Virus record (IMG/VR): IMGVR_UViG_2929541355_000001
Coordinates: 1-64,000 of that record
Source of the DNA: a virus
Taxonomy: Duplodnaviria; Caudoviricetes
DNA length: 64,000 bases
Direction: 5' to 3' (one strand)
In this document: in pieces, positions 33,195 through 42,275 of the stretch
Layout: every line of letters starts with the position of its first letter
How positions within the stretch are numbered: the first letter of the stretch is position 1
Translations under genes and position numbers: made by a program
The notes under the pieces: generated by a model
Seen by the model: the letters and a program-made list of their open reading frames with translations, nothing else
What the model was told of the DNA's origin: nothing
Database searches by the model: none

Positions 33195-35471
33195 GTGCAG
33201 GAGGTGAGCGCAGACACGATCTTCTCGCTCGATCCCAGTTCGACGACACCCGAGCCCGACACGTTGAGTGATGGCGACGGCGGCGGGGCGGGGCGGGGCG
33301 GAAGCCAGAATGGCTCCCAAGGCCCCCTGGTGGTCGTCCAGCAGCCCCGCGGCGCTTCCCCGCCCCGCCCCGCCCCACGCCAATCTCGGGGCAATGCGGA
33401 TAACTCGCTACGTAACGGATACGCCGCAATCTCACACAGCGTCAGCGGCGAAACTGCGGCGATTGGAGCCGGATTCCTCCTCGGCGGCCCGGTTGGCGCT
33501 GTCATTGGCGGCCTTGTTGCACCCGCCGCCGCCGCTGCTGTGATGTGGCGCAGCAGGCGCCGCGAGCACGACGAGAACACCAACCAGAATGGTGCCGGCG
33601 CTGGAAACCCGGGCCGCGGCTCCTCTGGAAACGGGCACGGAACCGGCGGCCGGAACGGCGCCAGGGCGGACAGGAACAACAGCCCCGGCGGCGGTCGGCA
33701 CCGCACGCCGAACACCAACGGAAGCGGAAACAGTAACGGGCGTGGGGGCGCCGACGGGGTCAGCAACCACCGGAAGCCGAAGACGAAAGACCCCGTCGCC
33801 GACAAGCTCGGGAAGCTCGGCAAAGACCTCGCCAGCAAGTTGAAGAACAAGCGAGACAAGGACGGCGCCAGCAAGAACGAGAAGACCACGAAGGGCGGCA
33901 GCGCGAAGGGCCTGAGAGGCGGCCTGAGGGACGGCCTGAAGCTGAAGGACCGAGGCAAGCAGCCAGGAAGCAACCGCGTCTGGCGCGACCGCGGCGACAA
34001 GGGCAAGAAGAAGGGCAGCGACAACAACGTCTCAACGTCTTCGGCCCGAGACGGTCTCGACCCGAAGCGGCCGAAGGGCGGCGACGGCAAGGACAAGGGC
34101 CGGAAGAAGCGCGGGAAGGATGACGACGCCTCCGCAGCCACGGCCCGCGACGGCCTCGCCCCAAAGGATCCGAAGGGTCCGGAAAGTGGCGGCGGCGATC
34201 TCCCGCCGAAGCCCGAATACGAGCCGGACGAGTACATCGAAGCCGAGCTCGTTGACGACCTGCCTCCTAAGCCAGAAACCGGACCCGAGGACGTCATCGA
34301 CGGTGAAGCCATCGACGAGGACCGAATCGCGGCCGTACGCGCAAAGCGCGAGAAGAAGCTTCGCCGCGAAGCGCTCGCCGCCGGCCGGAAAGCGGCTGGG
34401 AAGGCGGCACGCAACGGCGCAGCAGAAGATCCGCGCCGCGTGAAGGTCAGAGTGACCCGCCAGGCAAACCACGCGATCGACCTCGAAGTGCAACGCGAGG
34501 ACCATCTGCTCGCCCTGACGAAGGCGGCAGAAACACCGAGGAGCACCCCCGTGAACTACCCCGCGATTCAGGCAGCACCCGTGGGCACCAGCACCGCCGG
34601 TGTCGCTATCGCCCGGCACATCAACGTACGAGGCACGACCGCGTACGCAATCCTGCGCGCGATGGCGGAACAGATCGCCCACGGCCTCCACAGCGACGAC
34701 GACGCCGACATGGCGGACCACGTCGTCGAGCTGACCGGCATCCCGAACATGTGCAAGAACCTCAGCACCGCCGTACAGGAAGCCGCCCGCGCCCTCGCCC
34801 GCACCGCGCCCCTCCACCCCTCCGTCATCAAGCACCTCAACAACGCCGCCGTCGCCGCCCGCACCGCCGGAGTCATGGCCGAGAACATCATGGTTGTCTT
34901 CGTTCAGGCGCACCGCGAGGACATCATCCGGGTCCTCGACCCGCGCATCGGCGAGGAGCGGTGGAACATCCGCAACGCCCCCGGCACCCTCGACGCGGCG
35001 AAACTCCGTGCAGCGATCGCCTCAGCGAACACGGCGCGCCTTGCCCTCCCCGGCGGCTCCTCGTCGCAGTCCACAGGAGGGCAGGGCGGCAGCAAACTCG
35101 TGCCGGCCTCGGACGGCAGCACGAAGAAGCTGATCAACCTCATGAAGAACTTCAACAGCGGCCACATGGTGAACGTCCTGTCCGAAGTCGCCGGCAGCGC
35201 AGCCGGTGTCGACGCGGTCGCCGAATCGATCGGCAAGCTCTACCGGCGCATGCAGAAGACATGGCCGACCGAGAACGTCGTCGATGACACGGTCATCCGG
35301 ACCGCTGGGCAGGTGCGCCGCGTCTCCACCGAGCTCCGAAAGGCGATCAAGGCGGCGCAGAAGGCGCACCAGCGCGAGCTGCGCCTGAATGCAACCGGCC
35401 GCGCCAGCAAGGGAGCACGCGCCGAACGCAAGTGGGACGTCGTCGGCCGACGCGGGTCGTCCGGTAACTAG
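33195..35471 (+). CDS. TraA-like transfer protein: TM, Gly/Lys-rich linker, two tandem helical domains
   Basis: duplicated C-terminal motif AH..D/E..R...R...E..W(N/D); directly upstream of TraB. Confidence 0.6.
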   Translation: MQEVSADTIFSLDPSSTTPEPDTLSDGDGGGAGRGGSQNGSQGPLVVVQQPRGASPPRPAPRQSRGNADNSLRNGYAAISHSVSGETAAIGAGFLLGGPVGAVIGGLVAPAAAAAVMWRSRRREHDENTNQNGAGAGNPGRGSSGNGHGTGGRNGARADRNNSPGGGRHRTPNTNGSGNSNGRGGADGVSNHRKPKTKDPVADKLGKLGKDLASKLKNKRDKDGASKNEKTTKGGSAKGLRGGLRDGLKLKDRGKQPGSNRVWRDRGDKGKKKGSDNNVSTSSARDGLDPKRPKGGDGKDKGRKKRGKDDDASAATARDGLAPKDPKGPESGGGDLPPKPEYEPDEYIEAELVDDLPPKPETGPEDVIDGEAIDEDRIAAVRAKREKKLRREALAAGRKAAGKAARNGAAEDPRRVKVRVTRQANHAIDLEVQREDHLLALTKAAETPRSTPVNYPAIQAAPVGTSTAGVAIARHINVRGTTAYAILRAMAEQIAHGLHSDDDADMADHVVELTGIPNMCKNLSTAVQEAARALARTAPLHPSVIKHLNNAAVAARTAGVMAENIMVVFVQAHREDIIRVLDPRIGEERWNIRNAPGTLDAAKLRAAIASANTARLALPGGSSSQSTGGQGGSKLVPASDGSTKKLINLMKNFNSGHMVNVLSEVAGSAAGVDAVAESIGKLYRRMQKTWPTENVVDDTVIRTAGQVRRVSTELRKAIKAAQKAHQRELRLNATGRASKGARAERKWDVVGRRGSSGN

Positions 35472-35487
35472 GAAAGGGAGACAGGAC

Positions 35488-37665
35488 ATGTCCAGTGCAG
35501 AACTGCCGGTGACGCTCACCGACAAGCCGAAGCGGTGGGATTTCTCGCGAGACGCCGTCACCCCCGGACGTCTCGTTGCGTGGGGCGGCGAGCTTGCTGT
35601 CGCCTCTGCGCTTGTGGCCCCGCTCGCCGACATCCCGTGGACAGCAGGCGCCGGAGCCGGCGTCATCTGCACGGGCGCAGCCGTCATGTACGAGCACGCC
35701 CGCGGATCGTGGCGTCGAGTCACCGTCGCCCGCGCCGCCTCATGGTTGTCCATGACCGGATGGCTCTCGTACACGCTCGCCGAAGGACCCACCCTGCTGA
35801 AGATGGCCTTCGGCGGCGCCATCTGGGCAACCGGAGCGGCCGTCAATATCGGCATGGACCGGTGGGGCGAAGAAACGAAAGCAGCCGAGAAGGAGCTCGA
35901 CCGCCAGCTGGAGAAGGGCGAGCAGATCAAGGGTGCGCAGGACTCCTGGGCGCGCCTCCTCGACGACGTCTGCGGCATCGAGGGCGCGGTCGCCGACCCC
36001 GTTGTCGACCGGTGGCGTTCCGGCGCTGGTGAAACCGTGAAGATCACACTCCCGGCTCAGATGAACGTTGATGCCCTCCGCGGCTACGAAGCCGCCCTCG
36101 CGGGCGCCCTGCACCTCCCCAAGGGTGGCGGCGTCTCCTTCAACGCTGGCGGCCCCACCGTCCCCCGCAACGTTGTCTTCATCGCCATCACCAGGAAAAA
36201 CATGATGTCCGGGGCGATTCCGTACCCGCGTCTGACACCGACCACGATCAACAAGCCGGTCGGCTTCGGGATCGTCGGCAACGGCGACGAAGCCGGTCTC
36301 AACCTCAAGGACGAAGGATTCATCGCGATCGGAGCCCAGGGCTCCGGCAAGACCGCCCTGATGAAGACCCTCGGGCTCGGGCTCGTCCGGTGCGTCGATG
36401 CGATCGTCATCGACCTCGATACCTCCGCGAAGATGTCCGCGGTCTTCGTGAACCCCTACCTGCGGTACGGCATCGGACGCCCCCTCATCGACTGGCCCGC
36501 CACGACCGAAGACGAGTGCCGCCTCGTCATCCAGGCAGCGAAGGCAGCCATCTCCGCCCGCAAGACCGAGTACGCCGACCTCCTCGAAGACGAAGACGTC
36601 GACAACCTCCCCGCCCGACCCGACATCCCTGCCATTCACATCCGGGTCGACGAGACCAAGTCCATGCCCGACGACGTCCTCGACGGCATCGACTTCATCA
36701 TCGAGGAAGGCCGCAGCGTCAACGTCCGCGTCAGCAACACCGGACTCCGCGCAACACGCGAATACATCACCGGCACGATGGACGAACTCACCCCCGGCCG
36801 CATTGGTCTACGCACAAACAACTCTTCCGAACTGCAGATGCTGTTCCCCGACGCCGGCGCACCCGACATGGCGATCTTCACCGACCCCGGCACCGTCGCC
36901 TACATGTCCACGACCAAGGGCCCGTTCCAGCCCACCCCGGCCAAGGCCTACGCCACCATGGCCGAAGCCTTCACGCAGGGCAGCGGCGACTACACACAGA
37001 TGCAGAACCTATTCATGGACGCCGCCCGCGAACTCTCCCCGATCCGCCCGGACATGGACGACATCACCGCCCGCGCCATGGGACTCGCCTGGACCCAGCG
37101 CTGGGCCCGCATCATCCCCAACCTTCGCGGCGACGCCTACGGCAACGTCACCGCCGAACGCATGCACGAGTCCGTCTGGGAGCTGTACACCTCCTGGGAA
37201 ACCCCCGCGTCGCCCGCCCTTCTCCTCGGACACATGACCGACGACGACGGCGACCCGATCACAGCCCCCCTGTCCGGGAAAGGCGCCGACATCCCGCGCC
37301 TCACCGAAACCCTCATCGACGAAGACGAACTTGAGCGCGCCGCCCAGCAGGAAGCAGCGATCGAACTCGCGAAGTCCGCGCCCCGCCCGAAGTCCAACGA
37401 CGACCTCGCCGTCGAGCTCTTCACTGCCCAGGGCGGCCCCGCGAAACCGTCTGAGATCTACCCCCTGATGGTCCGCGCCGGCTACGACAAGTCCGACCGA
37501 ACCTTCCGAGACCTGTGCGCCAAACTTGGCCTGCAAGACAGGCTAGTTAGGGGTGATGATGGAACCTACGCGGCCCCTGAAAGCGGTGAGGTTCCCAATG
37601 CAGCCGGACGAGTTCCCGGAGCTGAAGATGACCCCGATGGACACAGTGATGCTCCACATGGCTGA
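35488..37665 (+). CDS. traB: TraB-like FtsK/SpoIIIE conjugative dsDNA translocase
   Basis: N-terminal TMs, Walker A GAQGSGKT, Walker B IRVDE, C-terminal wHTH ending GDDGTY. Confidence 0.8.
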   Translation: MSSAELPVTLTDKPKRWDFSRDAVTPGRLVAWGGELAVASALVAPLADIPWTAGAGAGVICTGAAVMYEHARGSWRRVTVARAASWLSMTGWLSYTLAEGPTLLKMAFGGAIWATGAAVNIGMDRWGEETKAAEKELDRQLEKGEQIKGAQDSWARLLDDVCGIEGAVADPVVDRWRSGAGETVKITLPAQMNVDALRGYEAALAGALHLPKGGGVSFNAGGPTVPRNVVFIAITRKNMMSGAIPYPRLTPTTINKPVGFGIVGNGDEAGLNLKDEGFIAIGAQGSGKTALMKTLGLGLVRCVDAIVIDLDTSAKMSAVFVNPYLRYGIGRPLIDWPATTEDECRLVIQAAKAAISARKTEYADLLEDEDVDNLPARPDIPAIHIRVDETKSMPDDVLDGIDFIIEEGRSVNVRVSNTGLRATREYITGTMDELTPGRIGLRTNNSSELQMLFPDAGAPDMAIFTDPGTVAYMSTTKGPFQPTPAKAYATMAEAFTQGSGDYTQMQNLFMDAARELSPIRPDMDDITARAMGLAWTQRWARIIPNLRGDAYGNVTAERMHESVWELYTSWETPASPALLLGHMTDDDGDPITAPLSGKGADIPRLTETLIDEDELERAAQQEAAIELAKSAPRPKSNDDLAVELFTAQGGPAKPSEIYPLMVRAGYDKSDRTFRDLCAKLGLQDRLVRGDDGTYAAPESGEVPNAAGRVPGAEDDPDGHSDAPHG

Positions 37666-37771
37666 GCTGATCGAAGGCCTGAAGAAGGCCGGACTCAGCG
37701 AGAACTCAGCGGTGCGCTTCGCAGCCATCTACTTCAACGAGCAGTCCCGCAACGAGCCGGACGACGACTGA
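37598..37771 (+). CDS. small hypothetical protein overlapping traB 3' end
   Basis: GGTGAGG RBS; ELIEGLKKAGLSENSAV. Confidence 0.5.
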   Translation: MQPDEFPELKMTPMDTVMLHMAELIEGLKKAGLSENSAVRFAAIYFNEQSRNEPDDD

Positions 37772-37787
37772 CGCAACACACGACCAG

Positions 37788-37818
37788 GAAAGCCCCCGGG
37801 TCGTACCCGGGGGCTTTC
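37788..37818. terminator. intrinsic terminator
   Basis: GAAAGCCCCCGGG-TCGTA-CCCGGGGGCTTTC perfect 13-bp stem. Confidence 0.85.
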
Positions 37819-37865
37819 TGCGTCCACACCCACCTCACCGCCGCCACACGAAGGAGTGCCAGCCC

Positions 37866-38369
37866 GTGAACCGCCTGCCCGACCCGCTGCAGCCCACCAC
37901 CCAGGCCGGGCAGCCCACCGACACCGCCCGCGACCTCATCAACGCCGTCGAGGAAGCCCTCGCCGCCCGGCAGATCACCGCCTACCGCGACCCCACCCCG
38001 CTTCCCATCACCGGCACCACCCCGCCCGTCGCCCAGCCCGGCCGGCCGCCGATGTCTCAGAAGGCCACCGACATGAGCGGCCTCATGCTCGCCAGCGGCG
38101 CAACCACCGTCATGGTCGGCGGAACCGCCTCGCTCGTCATGCTCGCCAGTGGGTACGCCGACCCTGTCGTCTGCGCCATTGTCGTCGGCGCCCCCGCCGT
38201 TCTCGTACTTGCCCTCTCCCGCCTTGTCGGCAAGGCCAAGGCTGTCGTCGCAGCAGCACCCGCCACCAACCACCACCACTACAACGGGAACGTCACCGTC
38301 GACCAGCGCAGCCTCAACACGACGACCCGCGGCGTCATCGCGAACACCCGGAATGAACTTCCCAAGTGA
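37866..38369 (+). CDS. Spd/DUF6251-like two-TM protein
   Basis: YRDPTPLP..G.TPPVAQPGRPPMSQ; HHHYNGNVT..QR. Confidence 0.7.
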   Translation: MNRLPDPLQPTTQAGQPTDTARDLINAVEEALAARQITAYRDPTPLPITGTTPPVAQPGRPPMSQKATDMSGLMLASGATTVMVGGTASLVMLASGYADPVVCAIVVGAPAVLVLALSRLVGKAKAVVAAAPATNHHHYNGNVTVDQRSLNTTTRGVIANTRNELPK

Positions 38370-38577
38370 ACGAGCCCCTGCCCCGCACCACTGTGGTGGC
38401 CGCCCGCCTTTCCGGCGGGCGGCACCTCATCGCCAGCCTCGACCCGGACACCCCCGAACAGAACAGCCCCCTACGACGCCACCTACGCGCCGAGACCGCA
38501 CAAACGCCTAAAACCCACAGCACGACGCAACAGGCAACCCTTACCGCCGCACCAGCCGAGCCGAAAGCGTAGAAGGC

Positions 38578-39024
38578 ATGCAGACCACACACCTCGACGG
38601 GGCCGGTCCCGTCTCCGCTGTCATTCGCTCGATCGGCGTCCGCCACGAAGGCGCCCACGACTTGGTCACCGACGGCTTGTACGTTGACCTACGGCGTGCG
38701 CTCCGCAACCCCGCCGACGACCCCACCATGCGGTTCCGCACCGGCCTGGACGCCGACGTATACGCCCACGTCCTCGCGACACCCGGGGCACAGGAGCTGA
38801 TCGCCCGAACAGCAGTCCAGCTACGCGCTCTGGCCGACGAAGTCCCGACTGGACACCTGGTCCGCATGACCGTTGCATGCCAAGGCGGCCGCCATCGCTC
38901 CGTGGCGGTCGCGGAAGCGGTCGCCCGCCGCGTCTGGGCGGCCTGGGGAGGCAAATACGGAGTCGAGGTCGAACACCACCACATCGACCACCCGGTCCTA
39001 CCCGCCGCCACGACCGGCACCTGA
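38578..39024 (+). CDS. RapZ C-terminal-like (phosphatase-fold) protein
   Basis: SIG.RH, DLR..LRNP..DP.MR..TGLD, CQGGRHRSVA, VEHHHI. Confidence 0.8.
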   Translation: MQTTHLDGAGPVSAVIRSIGVRHEGAHDLVTDGLYVDLRRALRNPADDPTMRFRTGLDADVYAHVLATPGAQELIARTAVQLRALADEVPTGHLVRMTVACQGGRHRSVAVAEAVARRVWAAWGGKYGVEVEHHHIDHPVLPAATTGT

Positions 39025-39216
39025 ACCGGGGGAGGAGCAGCCCGGACAAACCCCCGAACGTACGCCACGCTGTAACTACACAGCCCGGTCGGGGAGCCCC
39101 GGTGTCCCCGCGCCCACTCCCCGGCCAGGCCGTGCCACGCATAACCGCCCGCAACCCGGGCACCAGACGATCTGACCCGAGCTCCAGCAGGCACATTCGA
39201 CCTGCTTGAGCACCTC

Positions 39217-39250
39217 GGAGCCCCCGCCAGCTGATGCTGGCGGGGGCTCC
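39217..39250. terminator. terminator between convergent genes
   Basis: GGAGCCCCCGCCAGC-TGAT-GCTGGCGGGGGCTCC. Confidence 0.8.
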
Positions 39251-39262
39251 GGCGTATTCCGG

Positions 39263-39967
39263 CTAGTGCACGGGCTTCCACACCGCGCACCGCTCCGACG
39301 TGAACTGACCATCCGACGCCGCGATCGTCACCGTGATCGACTGCGCCGACGTCGCCAGATTGTTCGCGATGATGTCACCGCCCTTCGACGTCCGCTCCCA
39401 GTAGCAGTCCTGCATGCGCCCCTTAGCCCGATACGTGCCCGGCGGAATCGTCTCCACGCCCTCCTCAGCCTCGGCCGCAGTCGGCGCCTTCGACGACACC
39501 ACGTACGTGCCATCCCCGAACCACCGGTCATAGCGGCCCGACACCGCCTGCTTCAACACCGGCTCCCACTTCGGGCACAGCTTCGGAATGCCGGCTTGCA
39601 GCACCGCCTTCCCGTCGTCGTCCATGTTCCCGGACTCGGCCAGCCACTGCGGCCGCGACGCCCCATCCACCGCGCTCACCGGCAGGGACTCACAGATGTC
39701 CGCCACAAAGTCTGACGCTGCCGGATACAGGTCATCGACAACCCAGCCCTTCTCATCAGCCAGCTTGTCCAGGTCCCCCTCAGGCGTATCCGGATATGCA
39801 GGCTCGGCCGGCACAGCCTCCTCCTCCGGCACCGGCGCATCCAACCCGCTCGCCGACGGACTTGAGGACGCCGAACCCCCAGCACCCCCGTCTCCACCAC
39901 ACCCCGACAACACGGCCACCGCGGCGAACCCCGCCACAACAACCCCCACCCCACGCATACGTCTCAT
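39263..39967 (-). CDS. lipoprotein (moron)
   Basis: lipobox LSGC; GDGTY.V...PGTY...CYWER...GDIIAN domain; -10 GATCCT 6 nt upstream. Confidence 0.85.
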   Translation of the reverse strand: MRRMRGVGVVVAGFAAVAVLSGCGGDGGAGGSASSSPSASGLDAPVPEEEAVPAEPAYPDTPEGDLDKLADEKGWVVDDLYPAASDFVADICESLPVSAVDGASRPQWLAESGNMDDDGKAVLQAGIPKLCPKWEPVLKQAVSGRYDRWFGDGTYVVSSKAPTAAEAEEGVETIPPGTYRAKGRMQDCYWERTSKGGDIIANNLATSAQSITVTIAASDGQFTSERCAVWKPVH

Positions 39968-40035
39968 GCCGCGCAGGATCCCACCAGAACCAGGCAGGGG
40001 GAAGGAAACCCCGCACATCGGGGATCATCGGTAAT

Positions 40036-40049
40036 AGGCGCGGGGCCTG
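40036..40049 (+). promoter_or_regulatory. late-gene leader motif, copy 1
   Basis: AGGCGCGGGGCCTG, identical at 42239 and 44179. Confidence 0.6.
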
Positions 40050-40077
40050 ACAACGACCAGCGGGAGCCCCGACCGCC

Positions 40078-40611
40078 ATGCCAGCCTCCAAAGCCAAGCA
40101 AGCACTCACCTCGGAACGGCGCACCAAGCTGTTCCAGCTCCGCCTCCAGGGCGTCAAGTACGACGACCCCCGCATCCTTGCCCTCGGCTACGCCACACCC
40201 AGTGCCGCCAGCAAGGACGTCATCCGCGGCCTCCAGTCCCGCCGCGACGACGAAGCCGCCGAGATCAGTGTCTACCGGCAGCAGGAGAACGAACGCCTCG
40301 ACTCCCTCCTCGAAGCCGTCTGGAACAAGGCCACCAGCCCCAGCCCCGTCTTCGACCGGGAGGGCATGGAGGTGGCGCGGGAGATCGACCTCAAGGCCGT
40401 CGACACCGTCCTCAAGCTCATGGACCGCCGCGCCAAACTCAACGGTCTCGACATGCCGCAGCGCACCGAGCTGTCCGGCCCCGACGGCGGCGCGGTCCCG
40501 TTCGGCACCGGCTCTCTCGATGAACTGAACACTCTGATGGGATTCGCTGGCCAGAACACCCTCGCAAAGGGTGTCAAGCAGGAGGATGCCGGTGACAACG
40601 CCGACGGATGA
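40078..40611 (+). CDS. terminase small subunit
   Basis: HTH start; ERLD.L...W; LKAVD..LK.MDRRAKL.GLD.P.RTELSG.DGG; precedes TerL. Confidence 0.8.
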   Translation: MPASKAKQALTSERRTKLFQLRLQGVKYDDPRILALGYATPSAASKDVIRGLQSRRDDEAAEISVYRQQENERLDSLLEAVWNKATSPSPVFDREGMEVAREIDLKAVDTVLKLMDRRAKLNGLDMPQRTELSGPDGGAVPFGTGSLDELNTLMGFAGQNTLAKGVKQEDAGDNADG

Positions 40612-42196
40612 ACTCCTCCAGGACGCTTTGCTCCACGAGTACCGCGAGTTGCCTGTAATCGAACGGCGCCGCATCGCCCACGCAGCCAGCCCCGACGTCC
40701 GGATGCATCTCGCCTGGGTGGAGCGGCATATGGCCATGGACCGTTCCCCTGGCGCTCTTGCCGCAGTCCTCACAGCGGGACGTGAGAAGCAAGCCCGGCA
40801 TCTCGACATGATCGACGACGTGTTCATGCGGATCGCCGCTGGCGAGCGAATGCAGGTAATGATCACGTGCCCTCCTCGGCACGGGAAGTCGCAGCGCGCC
40901 TCACGCTGGGGCCCTCTCTGGTACCTGCGCCGTCACCCCACTCATCGCGTCATGCTCGCCTCGTATGGTGCCGAACTGGCGGACGACCATGGCCGATGGG
41001 TACGCGACCAGCTCCGGGAGTACACCCACACGCTCGGAGTGCGCCTCGATGACGGCTCCCGCGCCGCCAACCGCTTCGACCTCGAGCAGCCCCGCGGGTC
41101 GTCTGTGCGCGGCGGCATGGTCACGGCCGGCGTCGGGGGTTCATTGAATGGTAAAGGATTTAATCTCGGCATCATCGACGACCCATTCAAGGGCAGCGAG
41201 GACGCCAACAGCCCAACCCAGCGCGAACGCAAGTGGGAGTGGTACCAGGCTGTCTTCTACACCCGTCGTGCCCCTGGTGCCTCAATCGTATTGATCAACA
41301 CGCGCTGGCACGAAGACGACTTGTCCGGGCGCATCCTTGCCACCGAACCCGAAAACTGGACCCTCATCGATCTGCCCGCCACCGCACTATCCAACGATGA
41401 CCCACTTGGCAGGAACATCGGGGACGCCTTGTGGCCCGAGCAATACGACGTCGAAGAGCTGGAACGGACCCGCAAAGCGGTCGGCGAGCGCGTCTGGTGG
41501 GCCCTCTATCAGCAGCAGCCCCGCCCACTGTCGGGTGGCGTGTGGAAGCAGTCGTGGATCGACGACCACCGCATCAGCACCGCAGTCCTGCGCAGCATCG
41601 ACCTCGACCGGATCGTCATCGCGGTCGACCCCGCCGGCGGAAAGTCCAGCTCGAATGACGAGGTCGGCATCACTGCAGCCGGATCCGCCTACGTGGAATC
41701 CCTCGGCGCACACCACTCCCATCCGGAGATGCGCGACGAGTTCTACGTCCTCGATGACAAGTCCGCGTCCCTCGGTGCGGATGAGTGGGGCATCGTCGCC
41801 TGCCAGCTCGCCATCGACTGGCAGGCCGACGCCATCGTCGTCGAGTCGAACTACGGCGGCGACATGACCGCCCAGGTCATCACCCAGGCCTGGCAGGAAC
41901 TCGCCCGCAAGGGCCTGACCGGGCGAATGCTCATGCCCCGCCTTATCCCCATCAACGCCAAACAGGGCAAGCGGCTGCGCGCCGAACCCATAGCCCAGCT
42001 GTACGGGCAAGGCCGCGTCCACCACGTCGGGCAGTTCACCAAGCTCGAAGGGCAGATGGTCACCTGGATGCCCGGCATGGACTCCCCGGACCGAATGGAC
42101 TCCGCCGTCCACGCCCTTACTGAGCTCGCCGAGATCGACGGCCTGGAGACGGCGATGGGCACCTACGACCGCGACGATCCGCCAGGCCGCCGCTGA
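40592..42196 (+). CDS. terminase large subunit
   Basis: PPRHGKS, GIIDDP, TRWHEDDL, ALYQQQP, AVDPA, PDRMDS. Confidence 0.95.
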   Translation: MTTPTDELLQDALLHEYRELPVIERRRIAHAASPDVRMHLAWVERHMAMDRSPGALAAVLTAGREKQARHLDMIDDVFMRIAAGERMQVMITCPPRHGKSQRASRWGPLWYLRRHPTHRVMLASYGAELADDHGRWVRDQLREYTHTLGVRLDDGSRAANRFDLEQPRGSSVRGGMVTAGVGGSLNGKGFNLGIIDDPFKGSEDANSPTQRERKWEWYQAVFYTRRAPGASIVLINTRWHEDDLSGRILATEPENWTLIDLPATALSNDDPLGRNIGDALWPEQYDVEELERTRKAVGERVWWALYQQQPRPLSGGVWKQSWIDDHRISTAVLRSIDLDRIVIAVDPAGGKSSSNDEVGITAAGSAYVESLGAHHSHPEMRDEFYVLDDKSASLGADEWGIVACQLAIDWQADAIVVESNYGGDMTAQVITQAWQELARKGLTGRMLMPRLIPINAKQGKRLRAEPIAQLYGQGRVHHVGQFTKLEGQMVTWMPGMDSPDRMDSAVHALTELAEIDGLETAMGTYDRDDPPGRR

Positions 42197-42211
42197 CCGG
42201 GGGCAGCGATC

Positions 42212-42252
42212 CAGGCCCCGCGCCCTACCCTGATCACAAGGCGCGGGGCCTG
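42212..42252 (+). promoter_or_regulatory. late-gene leader motif, copy 2, with inverted copy
   Basis: CAGGCCCCGCGCC-CTACCCTGATCACA-AGGCGCGGGGCCTG. Confidence 0.6.
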
Positions 42253-42275
42253 ATCACGTCCAGAAGGGGCGCCTG

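Noticed and set aside
38366-38572. 68-aa ORF between the Spd-like and RapZ-like genes
   Set aside because: Poor codon bias and overlaps hairpins; likely intergenic.
39025-39190. Degenerate CCCGG repeats as the TraB clt locus
   Set aside because: No clear identical 8-mer with regular spacing; such words are common at this GC content.
39970-40077. cos/pac site upstream of terS
   Set aside because: Plausible position, but no diagnostic sequence identifiable without read-end data.
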